Numbered from the stretch's first letter, positions 20,461 to 30,840 are shown. The stretch: 64,000 bases of DNA from an uncultured Pelagibacteraceae bacterium (GCA_902595285.1 CACJPL010000001.1:72043-136042); one strand, 5' to 3'. A program made the numbers and translations. Notes: generated from the letters alone by a model not told the origin.

Positions 20461-21474
20461 TTATTTTCTTGTACCTATGTCTCTTCTTAAGACGTCAATA
20501 TATACCGCTAAAACTATTATTGAACCAATTAATACTTGCTGCCAGAAAGAACTAACATCCATTAGATTTAGTCCATTCCTTAAGATACCCATTATCATAA
20601 CACCAGCAAAAACTCCTAATACAGTTCCTCTTCCTCCAAAAAAACTTGCACCACCAATAATACAAGCAGCAATCGCGTCAAGTTCTGATTGAAGTCCAGC
20701 ATTTGGATATCCCGAGTCAGTTCTTCCAGCTAAAATTAAAGCACCAATACCAGATAAAAAACCACACAAAGAATAAACAATAATTAAAATTTTGTTTACA
20801 TTTATTCCTGAAGCTCTAGCTGCATTTGGATTACCTCCAATTGCATAGATCCATTTACCAGTTTTACTCTTATTTAAAAAAATCCAAAAAATTATATAAA
20901 CAATTGCAATTAATACTAAACTTACAGGTAAATATTGAGATTTTTCTAATCCCAACCATTGAAGATCAATTCTTCCATGTCCCAAATATCTAACTTCATC
21001 AGTAAAACCACTAATAGGAGTACCGCCTGAAATTAAGTTTCCTGCACCTCTAAATATATAAAGTGTACCCAAAGTCATTATAAAAGGATGAGGCATCCTT
21101 AATAGAGTAATGCCTAAACCATTAAATAACCCGCATAAAAAACCTGCAATCAATGGTGTAAGTACTACAATGAACCAGGGGGCTCCTGCTTTTGCAACGA
21201 CAGCTAAAATCATAAGAGATAACATCATTATAGATCCAACAGAAAGATCTATTCCTGCTGTTACAATTACCATAAATACTCCTAGAGCTAACATTGATTG
21301 CCAGGATATTTGTTTAAAAACATTTGTTACATTTCTCCATGAAAGAAACACATCTGGTTGCAAAATATGCATTACCAGAATCATAAGAACTAACAAAAGA
21401 AGTATTCCATACTTTTCAAAGTACGGAATTAATTTTAAATGCAAACTTTCTATTTTTTTATCTTTATCTTCCAT
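20461..21474 (-). CDS. RbsC-like ABC permease
   Basis: GIDLSVG, YAIGGNPNAARASG, ELDAIAACIIGG. Likely ATG at 21474. Confidence 0.9.
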   Translation of the reverse strand: MEDKDKKIESLHLKLIPYFEKYGILLLLVLMILVMHILQPDVFLSWRNVTNVFKQISWQSMLALGVFMVIVTAGIDLSVGSIMMLSLMILAVVAKAGAPWFIVVLTPLIAGFLCGLFNGLGITLLRMPHPFIMTLGTLYIFRGAGNLISGGTPISGFTDEVRYLGHGRIDLQWLGLEKSQYLPVSLVLIAIVYIIFWIFLNKSKTGKWIYAIGGNPNAARASGINVNKILIIVYSLCGFLSGIGALILAGRTDSGYPNAGLQSELDAIAACIIGGASFFGGRGTVLGVFAGVMIMGILRNGLNLMDVSSFWQQVLIGSIIVLAVYIDVLRRDIGTRK

Positions 21475-21475
21475 A

Positions 21476-22225
21476 TTATTTTTTACCCATGATCCATCCA
21501 ATTACTTCATCTCTTGAAGTATTTGAAAGAGTAGCTTCTGCAAAATTAGTTCCTTGGAATAAAGCCATCACACGATCACAAACTGTAAAAATATCATCCA
21601 TTCTATGACTTATTACAATCACTCCAACACCTGTTTTTTTTAAACTATTAATAAGATCTAAAACTTTACCAACTTCTTTGATTGCTAATGCTGCAGTTGG
21701 TTCATCCATAATTACTACTTTGGCATTAAAGGCTGTTGATCTTGCGATCGCTACAGCTTGTCTTTGACCACCCGAAAGTTCCTCTACTTTTTGATCAGCA
21801 CTTTTAACATTTATTTTTAACTTATCTAAATGAGCATTGGTTAACTCTTTAATTTTATTAAAATCTAAAAGTTTTAAAAATCCTAAATTTTTTGTTGGTT
21901 CTCTACCTAAAAAAATATTTTCACCAATAGGTAAATTACCTGCTAAAGCAAGATCTTGATAAACCATTTCTAATCCTAAGTTTTGAGAGTCTCTTGGGCT
22001 TTCTAAAATTTCCTCTTTACCTTGAAAAAATAATGAGCCTGCGCTCGGTTTATAAAGACCAGATAATACTTTCATCAAAGTTGATTTCCCAGCTCCATTA
22101 TCTCCAACAACACCTAAGCATTCTCCTGCATGAACTTTTAAGTTTACGTTCTCCAATGCTGTTATGGTTCCAAAATATTTTGTTATTCCTTTTGCTTCTA
22201 GTAGTGGATTGCTGGTTGATGACAT
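21476..22225 (-). CDS. Single-domain sugar ABC ATPase
   Basis: GDNGAGKST, LSGGQRQ, MDEPTAAL. Confidence 0.92.
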   Translation of the reverse strand: MSSTSNPLLEAKGITKYFGTITALENVNLKVHAGECLGVVGDNGAGKSTLMKVLSGLYKPSAGSLFFQGKEEILESPRDSQNLGLEMVYQDLALAGNLPIGENIFLGREPTKNLGFLKLLDFNKIKELTNAHLDKLKINVKSADQKVEELSGGQRQAVAIARSTAFNAKVVIMDEPTAALAIKEVGKVLDLINSLKKTGVGVIVISHRMDDIFTVCDRVMALFQGTNFAEATLSNTSRDEVIGWIMGKK

Positions 22226-22247
22226 AAGTTATAAAATTATTAAAATA

Positions 22248-23270
22248 TCAATTAATTGCAACTGGTTTTGAAGCTAATAATCCTACTGTCTTTAATTCAG
22301 CCTTTTTACAAAATTTTGGTTTTAAGTTTTTTGATATTAAATGCATGTCCTTTAAAACTATGTCCCCCATAGCAAAAAAGGCCTGCTTCAAAGCTCCTGC
22401 TCTGTGTGCTGAAAATAAAATATTTTTAACTTTTCTGATTGGGTCATTTTTTCTCACTGGCTCCTCGGGAAATACGTCAGTAGCCACATAAATATCTCCC
22501 TTTTTAACTCTCGTAATCAAGTCCTTAAAATTTACAACTGCTGCTCGACTCATCAATATAAATAATGAGTTTGTTTTCATTTTATTGATTAAACTTTTAT
22601 TTACTAAATTTTTGTTTTTGGTTGTTACTGCTGCTAATACATAAATAATTTCGCATGTTTTAAACATTTTATTTAAGCTAACTGGATTAAATCCAAAGTT
22701 TTTAATTTTGTTCTTAGACAACCAGGGGTCATAAACATTTATATCTTTAGTAAACGGTAGCAAGATTGGATATAAAGATTTTGCTAAATCACCAAATCCT
22801 AATAATCCAATTTTTTTTCCTGATAAAAGTGATGCTTTTAAATTACTTTCCAATCCATATTTTTCTTTACCTTTTACAAAATCAAAATGAGCATTATGAA
22901 TATTTCTTAATAAAGAAAGAGTCATTCCTAATGCAATTTCTGCTACTGGCTTTGAAAATACTGGAGAAGTTGCAATTACATGGATTCCTTTTTGAGAACA
23001 ATAAGTATAATCAACATTATTCATAAAATTACTTTCAACATTTATTATTGCTTTTAATTTTTTTGCTTTTGACAAAATTTTTTTATCTAAGTCTGGCTGA
23101 CCCATAATGAAAGTAGCTTTATCAATATAGTTTTCATAAAATTGTCTTTTTTTTTTATTGGGTGCTATTAAAACTTTATATTTTTTTTTTAATTCTATTA
23201 ATTTTTTTTTTGTAAAAATCAGATCCAATGTTCTGGGGAAAGGATCAGATATAACAATTGGTTTTGACAT
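22248..23270 (-). CDS. D-isomer 2-hydroxyacid dehydrogenase family
   Basis: GFGDLA, SRAAVV, DVFPEEP, SAHRAG. Confidence 0.85.
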   Translation of the reverse strand: MSKPIVISDPFPRTLDLIFTKKKLIELKKKYKVLIAPNKKKRQFYENYIDKATFIMGQPDLDKKILSKAKKLKAIINVESNFMNNVDYTYCSQKGIHVIATSPVFSKPVAEIALGMTLSLLRNIHNAHFDFVKGKEKYGLESNLKASLLSGKKIGLLGFGDLAKSLYPILLPFTKDINVYDPWLSKNKIKNFGFNPVSLNKMFKTCEIIYVLAAVTTKNKNLVNKSLINKMKTNSLFILMSRAAVVNFKDLITRVKKGDIYVATDVFPEEPVRKNDPIRKVKNILFSAHRAGALKQAFFAMGDIVLKDMHLISKNLKPKFCKKAELKTVGLLASKPVAIN

Positions 23271-24425
23271 CTAAATTAAAATTTTTTTTACTTCTTCTTC
23301 AGTAAATTTTTTTGGTCTATCACATTTTGTTTGTATTTTTTGGGGAATTCCTGTGTTAGCTGCCCTCATAGTTGACTCAATTATATCTAATACGTGTAAA
23401 GATAAATCACCTGAACATCTGTGTTTTTTGTTTTTCTGAATAGAATATAACATTTCAGATAAACCAACACTCCGATAGTTTGCATTTGTAGCAGCTTCAT
23501 TTGATCTTCCACTAGAAGAAGTTATATTTATTTTTCCTAAATGCATCTTATCTGTTTTGTGTTCACCCCATTTTCCGCCTTCTGTAACAGAAATAAAAAC
23601 AGAACCCCCAAACATATTAGGATCTGGAACAATAATCGATCCTTTTGTGCCATAAAGCTCCATATGGTTTCTTTGATGATTAATTACATCAAATGAGAGT
23701 GTTACCTGAATTATAGCACCACTGTGAAATTGGATTGTTGCTAAATATGTTGTAGGTGTTTCCACTTTAAATGATTTATTTTTTTTAGGTCCCACTCCAT
23801 AAATTCTCTTTTTAAAAGCAGTTAATGTTCTTCCTTGAACTTGTTTTGCAGGTCCAAGTAAATTTACTAATGTTGTAAAAAAATATGGTCCCATATCGAT
23901 TACTGGACCTCCTTCTTTTTTATACCATGACTCAGGTTTTGGATGAAAAGACTCTACCCCAGGAAATGCGAAAATTGCATTACCAAGTTTAATCTCTCCA
24001 ATCAAATCTGAATCAATTAATTCTCTAGCTTTTTGAATTCCTCCACCTAAAAATGTATCTGGAGCATTTCCAAGATAAAGTTTATTTTTTTTTGCTAGTG
24101 AGACGAGTTCTTTACCTTTTGCAAAATAAGTTGCTAATGGTTTTTCTGAATAAACATGTTTACCTGAGTTCAAAACTTTTTTTGATACTAAATAATGAGA
24201 TTGTGGAATTGTTAAATTTAAAATAATTTCTATTTCTTTGTCATTTAAAATTTCTGAGACTGTTTTAGATTTAATATTGTATAATTTTGCACATTTATCA
24301 GCTGCTTTTTGATCAATATCTGCACAGGCAATTATTTTAAAATTATTAAAATATTGTTGCCCTCTAAAGTATGTCTCGGCGATGTGACCACAGCCTATAA
24401 GACCGACTTTAAAAATTTTATTCAT
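23271..24425 (-). CDS. Gfo/Idh/MocA oxidoreductase
   Basis: GCGHIA, YSEKPLA, APDTFLG, DMGPY. Confidence 0.88.
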   Translation of the reverse strand: MNKIFKVGLIGCGHIAETYFRGQQYFNNFKIIACADIDQKAADKCAKLYNIKSKTVSEILNDKEIEIILNLTIPQSHYLVSKKVLNSGKHVYSEKPLATYFAKGKELVSLAKKNKLYLGNAPDTFLGGGIQKARELIDSDLIGEIKLGNAIFAFPGVESFHPKPESWYKKEGGPVIDMGPYFFTTLVNLLGPAKQVQGRTLTAFKKRIYGVGPKKNKSFKVETPTTYLATIQFHSGAIIQVTLSFDVINHQRNHMELYGTKGSIIVPDPNMFGGSVFISVTEGGKWGEHKTDKMHLGKINITSSSGRSNEAATNANYRSVGLSEMLYSIQKNKKHRCSGDLSLHVLDIIESTMRAANTGIPQKIQTKCDRPKKFTEEEVKKILI

Positions 24426-24431
24426 AAAGGT

Positions 24432-26276
24432 TTATACGCCTTGTCTTTGTTTATCTTTTCCTTCTTTATAAAGTTTTAAAGCCTCTTCATTTTCTTTTGT
24501 TTTAGTAATTTCAAGTGTTGGACTGTCCCAAAAAGCAGAACCCTCAACCCACTTATAAGCATGAGTTTTTATTGAAATAACGTATGTTACATCAGATGCT
24601 TTTGCTCTCTTAAATGCAGATTCAAGATCTGAAATTGAATTAACATGTTCAGATTTAGCCCCCATACTTTCTGCATGTTTTGCAAAATCAACATCAACTA
24701 ACCCAGGGGTATTAGAGCTCTTTAATAAGTTGTTATATTCTTTACCACCTTTAAATAGTTGAAGTCGATTGATAACTGCAAACCCGCCATTATCACAAAC
24801 TATAATTATCAATTTGTTTTTTGTAATAACTGATGAATAAATATCTGTATTATTTAGAAGATAAGAACCATCTCCTACAAAAGAAATTACTTCTTTATCA
24901 GGATTAGCCATTTTTATTCCAAGTGCTCCTGAAATTTCATAACTCATACAACTAAAACCCCACTCTGTTTCATGAGTATTTAATTCTCTAGGTCTCCAAA
25001 CTTGAACAACTTCACCAACCAAACCTCCTGCTGCCGTAACAGCTATATCTGTTGGGTCAGAGTTTCTATAAATTGCACCAATTACCTGAACATAACTTGG
25101 AACTTCTTGATTTGTCGGCGCACTCTCTTTATCTATATGTTCATTCCAAGATTTGAGTTCAGTTTGAGATTTTTTATTCCATTCTTCTCCAGCTTTCCAA
25201 CTACCTAATGATTGTGAAAGCTCTGTTAATGAAACTTTAGCATCTCCAATTACAGCTTGTGCTAAATGTTTGTTAGCATCAAATCTTGATACATTTATTG
25301 AAACTAGTTTAAAATCTTTGTTTTCAAAATTTGCCCATGATCCAGTTGTAAAATCTGCAAGTTTGGTTCCAATTGCAATTGCTAAATCTGTTTCTTTTGC
25401 TAATGTATTTGTATTTTTTCCACCTAAACCGCCAATCTGACCTGCAAAATGAGAATGGTCTCTTTTCATTGTAGAATATCCCATTACAGTTTGAGTAACT
25501 GGTATATTGTGTTTAATTGCGAACTGACTCAACTCATCCATTGCATCTGAGTAAAAAACTCCACCACCAGAAATTATAATTGGATTTTTTGATGACTTAA
25601 TTTTTTCTACTGCTTCTTTGATTTGAAATTCATCTGGTCTTGGTCTTCTAATTGCGTGGACTCTTTCTTTAAAAAATTCTTCTGGATAATCAAAGGTTTG
25701 ACCTTGTATATCTTGGCTTAAAGCGATACATGCGGGACCACAATCTGCAGGATCTAACATCGTTTGAACTGCTGCCGGGAATGATTGAATAATCTGCTCT
25801 GGTCTGGTTATTCGATCAAAATATCTTGTAACTGGTTTAAATGCATCATTAGCTGTAATACCAGGGTTATTAAAATGCTCAACTTGTTGCAATACTGGAT
25901 CTGGCATTCTATTTGCATAGGTGTCTCCAGGTAAAAATAAAATTGGCAATCTGTTACTCATAGCAACTGCAGCAGCTGTAACCATATTTGTTGCACCAGG
26001 TCCAACGGAAGATGTCGCTACAAATATTTGTTGTCTTCTTTTTGCTCTAGCATAACCAATTCCAGTTAGTGCCATATTTTGTTCATGATGCCCTCTATAT
26101 GTTGGAAGATCTTTTTGATTTTCTTCTAGTGCTTGACCTAAGCAAGCTACATTTCCATGTCCAAAAATTCCAAAGACGCCTGGAAATAAAGGTTCTTTTT
26201 TACCATTAATTAATATTTTCTGAGCAATTAAATATTTAACTATCGCATGAGCACATGTGAGGGTAATTTTTTTCAT
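24432..26276 (-). CDS. iolD: 3D-(3,5/4)-trihydroxycyclohexane-1,2-dione acylhydrolase (TPP-dependent)
   Basis: IFGHGNV, PDPVLQQ, RYFDRITRPEQ, GFSCMSYEI, GDGSY. Confidence 0.92.
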   Translation of the reverse strand: MKKITLTCAHAIVKYLIAQKILINGKKEPLFPGVFGIFGHGNVACLGQALEENQKDLPTYRGHHEQNMALTGIGYARAKRRQQIFVATSSVGPGATNMVTAAAVAMSNRLPILFLPGDTYANRMPDPVLQQVEHFNNPGITANDAFKPVTRYFDRITRPEQIIQSFPAAVQTMLDPADCGPACIALSQDIQGQTFDYPEEFFKERVHAIRRPRPDEFQIKEAVEKIKSSKNPIIISGGGVFYSDAMDELSQFAIKHNIPVTQTVMGYSTMKRDHSHFAGQIGGLGGKNTNTLAKETDLAIAIGTKLADFTTGSWANFENKDFKLVSINVSRFDANKHLAQAVIGDAKVSLTELSQSLGSWKAGEEWNKKSQTELKSWNEHIDKESAPTNQEVPSYVQVIGAIYRNSDPTDIAVTAAGGLVGEVVQVWRPRELNTHETEWGFSCMSYEISGALGIKMANPDKEVISFVGDGSYLLNNTDIYSSVITKNKLIIIVCDNGGFAVINRLQLFKGGKEYNNLLKSSNTPGLVDVDFAKHAESMGAKSEHVNSISDLESAFKRAKASDVTYVISIKTHAYKWVEGSAFWDSPTLEITKTKENEEALKLYKEGKDKQRQGV

Positions 26277-26368
26277 AAATATGTTTATCTTTTAATATGT
26301 ATAGTGTTTATATATAATTCTATTTATAAATTAAAAAACCTAATTAAGTAAACTTAAAAATAAATTCT

Positions 26369-27811
26369 ATGTACGAAAAATTTGGACAATTCATTGATGG
26401 TAAATGGCAACAAGCTGAAAAAAAAGAAACTTATGATGTAATCAACCCTGCAACTGAAGAGGTGATTGGAAAAGCATCGAAAGCTTCATCTATTGAAGTA
26501 CAAAAAGCATTAAAGTCTGCAGAAAAAGGTTTGGAAATTTGGAAAAACACTGCACCATGGCAAAGAGCTTACGTGCTTAGAAAAATTGCAGATCTAATGA
26601 GACAAAAAAAAGATGTTCTTGCAAAATGGTTGACTCTTGAAGTGGGTAAGCCACTTGCAGAAGCAGTTGGTGAAGTTGGTGGTAGTGCAGATATTTTTGA
26701 ATGGAACGCAGAGGAAACAAAAAGAATCTATGGTCAAACTATTGAAAGTAGATTTCCAGACACTAGAGTTCACGTGTACTATCAGCCAGTGGGAGTAGTT
26801 GCTGCATTGGTTCCATGGAATTTCCCTATAACTTTAGCATCAAGAAAAATTTCAACCTCTTTAGCCGCAGGATGTTCAGTAATTTGTAAACCAGATGTTA
26901 TTACTCCTGGTGCGGTAATGGAATTAGTAAATATTTGTAAAGAAGCAGGAGTTCCAGATGGTGTTGTAAATCTTTTATCAGGTGATCCTGCTGAAATATC
27001 AAATGAATTAATGGAGTCAGATATAATTAAAAAAGTTTCAGTTACTGGATCAACTAGAGTTGGTAAAATTATTTTAAAAAAAGCAGCTGATAAAGTTCAA
27101 AGAGTTACTATGGAACTTAGCGGACACTCACCTTTTATTGTGTGTGAAGATGTAGATATGAACAAAGTAGCTGATATAGCAATAACTGGTAAATTTAGAA
27201 ATAACGGTCAGGTCTGTATTTCACCTAATAGATTTTATATCCAAGAAAACAGAAAAGAGGATTTTGTTAATGCTTTTATTGAAAGAGCAAAAAAATTAAA
27301 AATTGGAAACGGTATGGACGAAGGTGTGGATCTAGGGCCTTTAACTACTGCAAAGAGATTGGAAGAAGTAGAAAAATTAGTTGAAACCACAAAAGCTGAG
27401 GGTGCTAAAGTATTAATGGGAGGAAAAAGACCCTCTGGTTTCAATAAAGGATATTATTATGAACCAACAGTATTTGACGATGTAAAAGACAATTTTACAA
27501 TAATGAAAGAAGAACCTTTTGGTCCACTAGTGCCAATTTTAACTTTTAAAACTTTTGATGAAGTAATTGAAAGAGCAAATGATAATGACTTAGGATTATG
27601 TAGTTATTTATACACTAACTCTATGGATAAAGCTCACATTGGATCTGAGAAATTAGAGTCTGGTTGTGTTGCGGTTAATACTGGTGTTGTTGCTATTGCT
27701 GAGGCGCCTTTTGGAGGAATAAAACAAACTGGTTATGGTCGTGAAGGTGGTTCAGGGGCGATAAAAGATTATCTAAATGTGAAATACACTCACATGGGAT
27801 TAAAAATCTAG
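26369..27811 (+). CDS. NAD(P)-dependent aldehyde dehydrogenase (GabD/KGSA dehydrogenase-like)
   Basis: PWNFP, TGSTRVG, MELSGHSP, GQVC, EEPFGP, PFGGIKQTGYGREGG. Confidence 0.9.
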   Translation: MYEKFGQFIDGKWQQAEKKETYDVINPATEEVIGKASKASSIEVQKALKSAEKGLEIWKNTAPWQRAYVLRKIADLMRQKKDVLAKWLTLEVGKPLAEAVGEVGGSADIFEWNAEETKRIYGQTIESRFPDTRVHVYYQPVGVVAALVPWNFPITLASRKISTSLAAGCSVICKPDVITPGAVMELVNICKEAGVPDGVVNLLSGDPAEISNELMESDIIKKVSVTGSTRVGKIILKKAADKVQRVTMELSGHSPFIVCEDVDMNKVADIAITGKFRNNGQVCISPNRFYIQENRKEDFVNAFIERAKKLKIGNGMDEGVDLGPLTTAKRLEEVEKLVETTKAEGAKVLMGGKRPSGFNKGYYYEPTVFDDVKDNFTIMKEEPFGPLVPILTFKTFDEVIERANDNDLGLCSYLYTNSMDKAHIGSEKLESGCVAVNTGVVAIAEAPFGGIKQTGYGREGGSGAIKDYLNVKYTHMGLKI

Positions 27812-27814
27812 GAA

Positions 27815-28609
27815 ATGAGAAAAAATAAAATCAAACAAATGATGAAGGAAGGTAAGCCTGTTATTAACGGCTGGTGTGCAATTCCAAGTACAGCCTCTGT
27901 TGAGGCAATGGCTCATCAAGGGTGGGACTCTCTTACTGTAGATATGCAACATGGTTTAGTAGATTACAGTAATGCGCTTCCCATGCTTCAGACAATATCA
28001 ACAACAGATGTAACTCCTTTAGCTAGAGTTAACTGGAATGAACCAGGTCAAATTATGAAAATCTTAGATGCTGGTTGTTATGGAATTGTTTGTCCAATGG
28101 TAAGTAATAAAAAAGAGGCAGAAAATTTTGTTCAAGCATGCATGTATCCACCTGATGGCTACAGAAGTTTTGGCCCTATAAGAGGTTTAATTTATGGTGG
28201 AGCTGATTATGCAGATCACGCCAATGAAGAAATACTAAAATTAGCAATGATAGAAACAAAAGAATCTTTAGAAAATCTTGATGAGATAATGTCTACACCA
28301 GGTGTCGATGGTATTTATATTGGACCAGCAGATTTAAGTTTAGCAATAGGTGAAAAACCTGGTTTTGATAGGTCAGAGACTACAAAAGCTTATTCTGAAA
28401 TTTTAAGAATTCTAGAACACGCTAAAAAAAATAATATTTTCGCAGGAATTCATAACGGTACTACAGAATATGCTACTAAGATGATCGAAAAAGGTTTTGA
28501 TTTTGTAACTATAGCATCTGATTTAAGAGCTTTAAGTGCTGGAGCTAAAGCTACAGTGGATAAAATGAAGGGTTCTTTATCAAAAAAAGACGACAACTCT
28601 ACTTACTAA
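27815..28609 (+). CDS. HpcH/HpaI class II pyruvate aldolase
   Basis: VDMQHG, ARV, LDAG, MIET, YIGPADL. Confidence 0.9.
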   Translation: MRKNKIKQMMKEGKPVINGWCAIPSTASVEAMAHQGWDSLTVDMQHGLVDYSNALPMLQTISTTDVTPLARVNWNEPGQIMKILDAGCYGIVCPMVSNKKEAENFVQACMYPPDGYRSFGPIRGLIYGGADYADHANEEILKLAMIETKESLENLDEIMSTPGVDGIYIGPADLSLAIGEKPGFDRSETTKAYSEILRILEHAKKNNIFAGIHNGTTEYATKMIEKGFDFVTIASDLRALSAGAKATVDKMKGSLSKKDDNSTY

Positions 28610-29421
28610 TCAATTTGTTCTAAAAATTCCTCAAATTGTTTTTTTTCTAAATTAGAAGATTGTTTTTTTCCTGGAAATTTTCCATTCATTGAATCTTTTT
28701 TAAAAGCCTTCAGAGCCTTTACTCTTTCTAGTTTAATTTCATTTCTAAGTCTCAGTAAATTTCCATATGCTTTTGAATGTCTTGGGGAATTTTCTGTATC
28801 ACCACAGATATCTTCCATAAATAAATACATTACATCAGCGTTTTTACCTGAGCCTAATGAAACAGTAACTATATCTGTACGTTTTGAAATTTCACCCATT
28901 ACGTTTTCAGGTATTACTTCACACTCGGCCGAAAAAGCACCTGCATCTTCTAATCTTTTAAACTTTTGAAAAAGTTCGTAAGCTTCATCAGCAGTTTTGC
29001 CTACTGCTCTCAAGCCACCAATCCAAGTGGATTTTCTTGGAACTAAACCTAAATGCCCCATTACTGGAACATCTTCCTTAGCCAACATTTCAACTATGTC
29101 CATACTTCTTGGAGTCATAACTGCATCAGCACCATTCTCTAATGCTTTAAAAGCTCCACGCATAATATCTTCTGCAGTTACAAACTCATTCAACACCAAA
29201 GCAGCTGTTAAAAATAAATTTTTTGAACCTTCTCTTACAGGAATTACATTTTTTGCATTTGATATAATCATGTCAAAGCCTGCCTTTTCAGCTGCATCGG
29301 CTTCTTCAACATTATTCGCTGTAACTTGTGTAAATTTTCTTTTTCCTTTTGCTGCTTTTAAATCCCCAACGGTCAAAGTTCTTTTTGCTGGTTTTGCAGC
29401 CCACGTATAAATATTCTTCAT
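28606..29421 (-). CDS. Divergent PanB-like (ketopantoate hydroxymethyltransferase fold) protein
   Basis: VMGHLGLVP, GGLRAVGK, LEDAGAF, EVIP, SLGSG, FP C-terminus. Lacks the canonical TAYD/LVGDS/DMPF motifs. Confidence 0.8.
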   Translation of the reverse strand: MKNIYTWAAKPAKRTLTVGDLKAAKGKRKFTQVTANNVEEADAAEKAGFDMIISNAKNVIPVREGSKNLFLTAALVLNEFVTAEDIMRGAFKALENGADAVMTPRSMDIVEMLAKEDVPVMGHLGLVPRKSTWIGGLRAVGKTADEAYELFQKFKRLEDAGAFSAECEVIPENVMGEISKRTDIVTVSLGSGKNADVMYLFMEDICGDTENSPRHSKAYGNLLRLRNEIKLERVKALKAFKKDSMNGKFPGKKQSSNLEKKQFEEFLEQID

Positions 29422-29834
29422 TTAACCCCTTTATAAAGAATATCTCTCCTATCAATAAATTCCTCAAAAGTTTTAATGGTAATTACTGAAGGTAAAATAA
29501 ATATAGATCTTTTGTCTCTCTCGTTTCTTATAATTCTAAAATAACCTTTTTTAATTGCTGTATCAATATAAACGTTTGAGGTCAAATATGATTTTTCGAT
29601 TACTTTAAGTAATTGATTTTTAGTAATTGATTTATTTTTATAATAAGCAAGCATAACCATATGTAACATTATCCAATGTTGAGGGGTTAAGGAAAACCAA
29701 TTCAATAATTCATTAGCTAATCTTCCTTCAAAATCTCCAAGTGATATTTCTGCTAATTGAATTCTTTTTTGAGTAAGTTTTGGAATTTTTTTTTGTTCTT
29801 CGAAATGCTTAGGATACTTGAACTGTCTTTTCAT
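29418..29834 (-). CDS. Putative MarR-like winged-helix protein
   Basis: LTPQHW helix, KKGYF, RNERDKRS wing motif. Confidence 0.55.
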   Translation of the reverse strand: MKRQFKYPKHFEEQKKIPKLTQKRIQLAEISLGDFEGRLANELLNWFSLTPQHWIMLHMVMLAYYKNKSITKNQLLKVIEKSYLTSNVYIDTAIKKGYFRIIRNERDKRSIFILPSVITIKTFEEFIDRRDILYKGVK

Positions 29835-29862
29835 TTAAATAAATTTAAACTCATTGAGTTTT

Positions 29863-30840
29863 CTATTCAATACTATTTTTACTTAATAGTTCTTTATAAA
29901 TGTTATTAACTCTATGTACTTCTTTTGCGGTATTAAAATAACCTTCATATTCTATTTCTTCAGGTGTGACGTCAAAATGATAATGTCCTGCATCTCTTTC
30001 ATGTTCGTAAGAATGAAAATGAGTATGTTCACCAGACTCTCTTAGATTTAATTCTCCTCCAGTAGGATCACCAGTCCAAAGAATAGAATAACATTGTAAT
30101 TTTGGTCCAACCGGTTCATAAAATTGAAGAAAATCTTTTACACATTTCATTTGTTTTGGATCGTAATACTCGTGTTTAATATCTTTATAATCAGGTTGAA
30201 CATGTGATCTTATTTTTCCATTTAATACTCTAAATACTCCAGCAAGAGACAAATGTTCATTATCTTTAATTTTTAAATTTTTTGATAAAGAAGACCTGAT
30301 TGCTTGAGGCAAAGAACCTTGTTCTCCATTTCTACCTTTGATTTTTATTTTAATAACTTTTCCCTGTTTACCGTCTGTATAATAAATGTTTCCAAGTCCG
30401 CCATGTTTTTTTGCTGAATACTTTTCAACAATACATTTTTTATCTGGACTTACTCTTGCTATTATTGATTTAGACTCATCAGTTATTAAGTTTTCATTAA
30501 TAACTAATTCTCCACAATGACCATTTAAACATGACATTGCACCTGATCCCGCTCCTAAAGCATAAGATTTTTCAGAATCTATCATTTTAGATATTTCTTC
30601 ATAGTCAAATTCTGCACCAATAAATTTTGGATCATGCATATAAGGCTCTCCACCAACATCTATTATTTTTTGATTTCCACTAATTCCTTCTGATGGACAA
30701 TCCCAATCTCTAAGATTAGGGCAATCTACCACTTCTACTTCAACGTTTTTGAAATTTTCAGACAATCCTTTTCTTAACGCATTTGAAATATCTTCTAATG
30801 GATAATCTTTAAAAGTTCCTTTTTCTATTTTTAATTGCAT
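29863..30840 (-). CDS. DUF1907 / C11orf54 (PTD012)-family Zn enzyme
   Basis: KGLSENFKNVEVEVVDCPNL, DVGGEPY, LGAGSG, EHTHF...GHYHFDVTPEEIEYEGYF match the human C11orf54 motifs. Confidence 0.88.
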   Translation of the reverse strand: MQLKIEKGTFKDYPLEDISNALRKGLSENFKNVEVEVVDCPNLRDWDCPSEGISGNQKIIDVGGEPYMHDPKFIGAEFDYEEISKMIDSEKSYALGAGSGAMSCLNGHCGELVINENLITDESKSIIARVSPDKKCIVEKYSAKKHGGLGNIYYTDGKQGKVIKIKIKGRNGEQGSLPQAIRSSLSKNLKIKDNEHLSLAGVFRVLNGKIRSHVQPDYKDIKHEYYDPKQMKCVKDFLQFYEPVGPKLQCYSILWTGDPTGGELNLRESGEHTHFHSYEHERDAGHYHFDVTPEEIEYEGYFNTAKEVHRVNNIYKELLSKNSIE

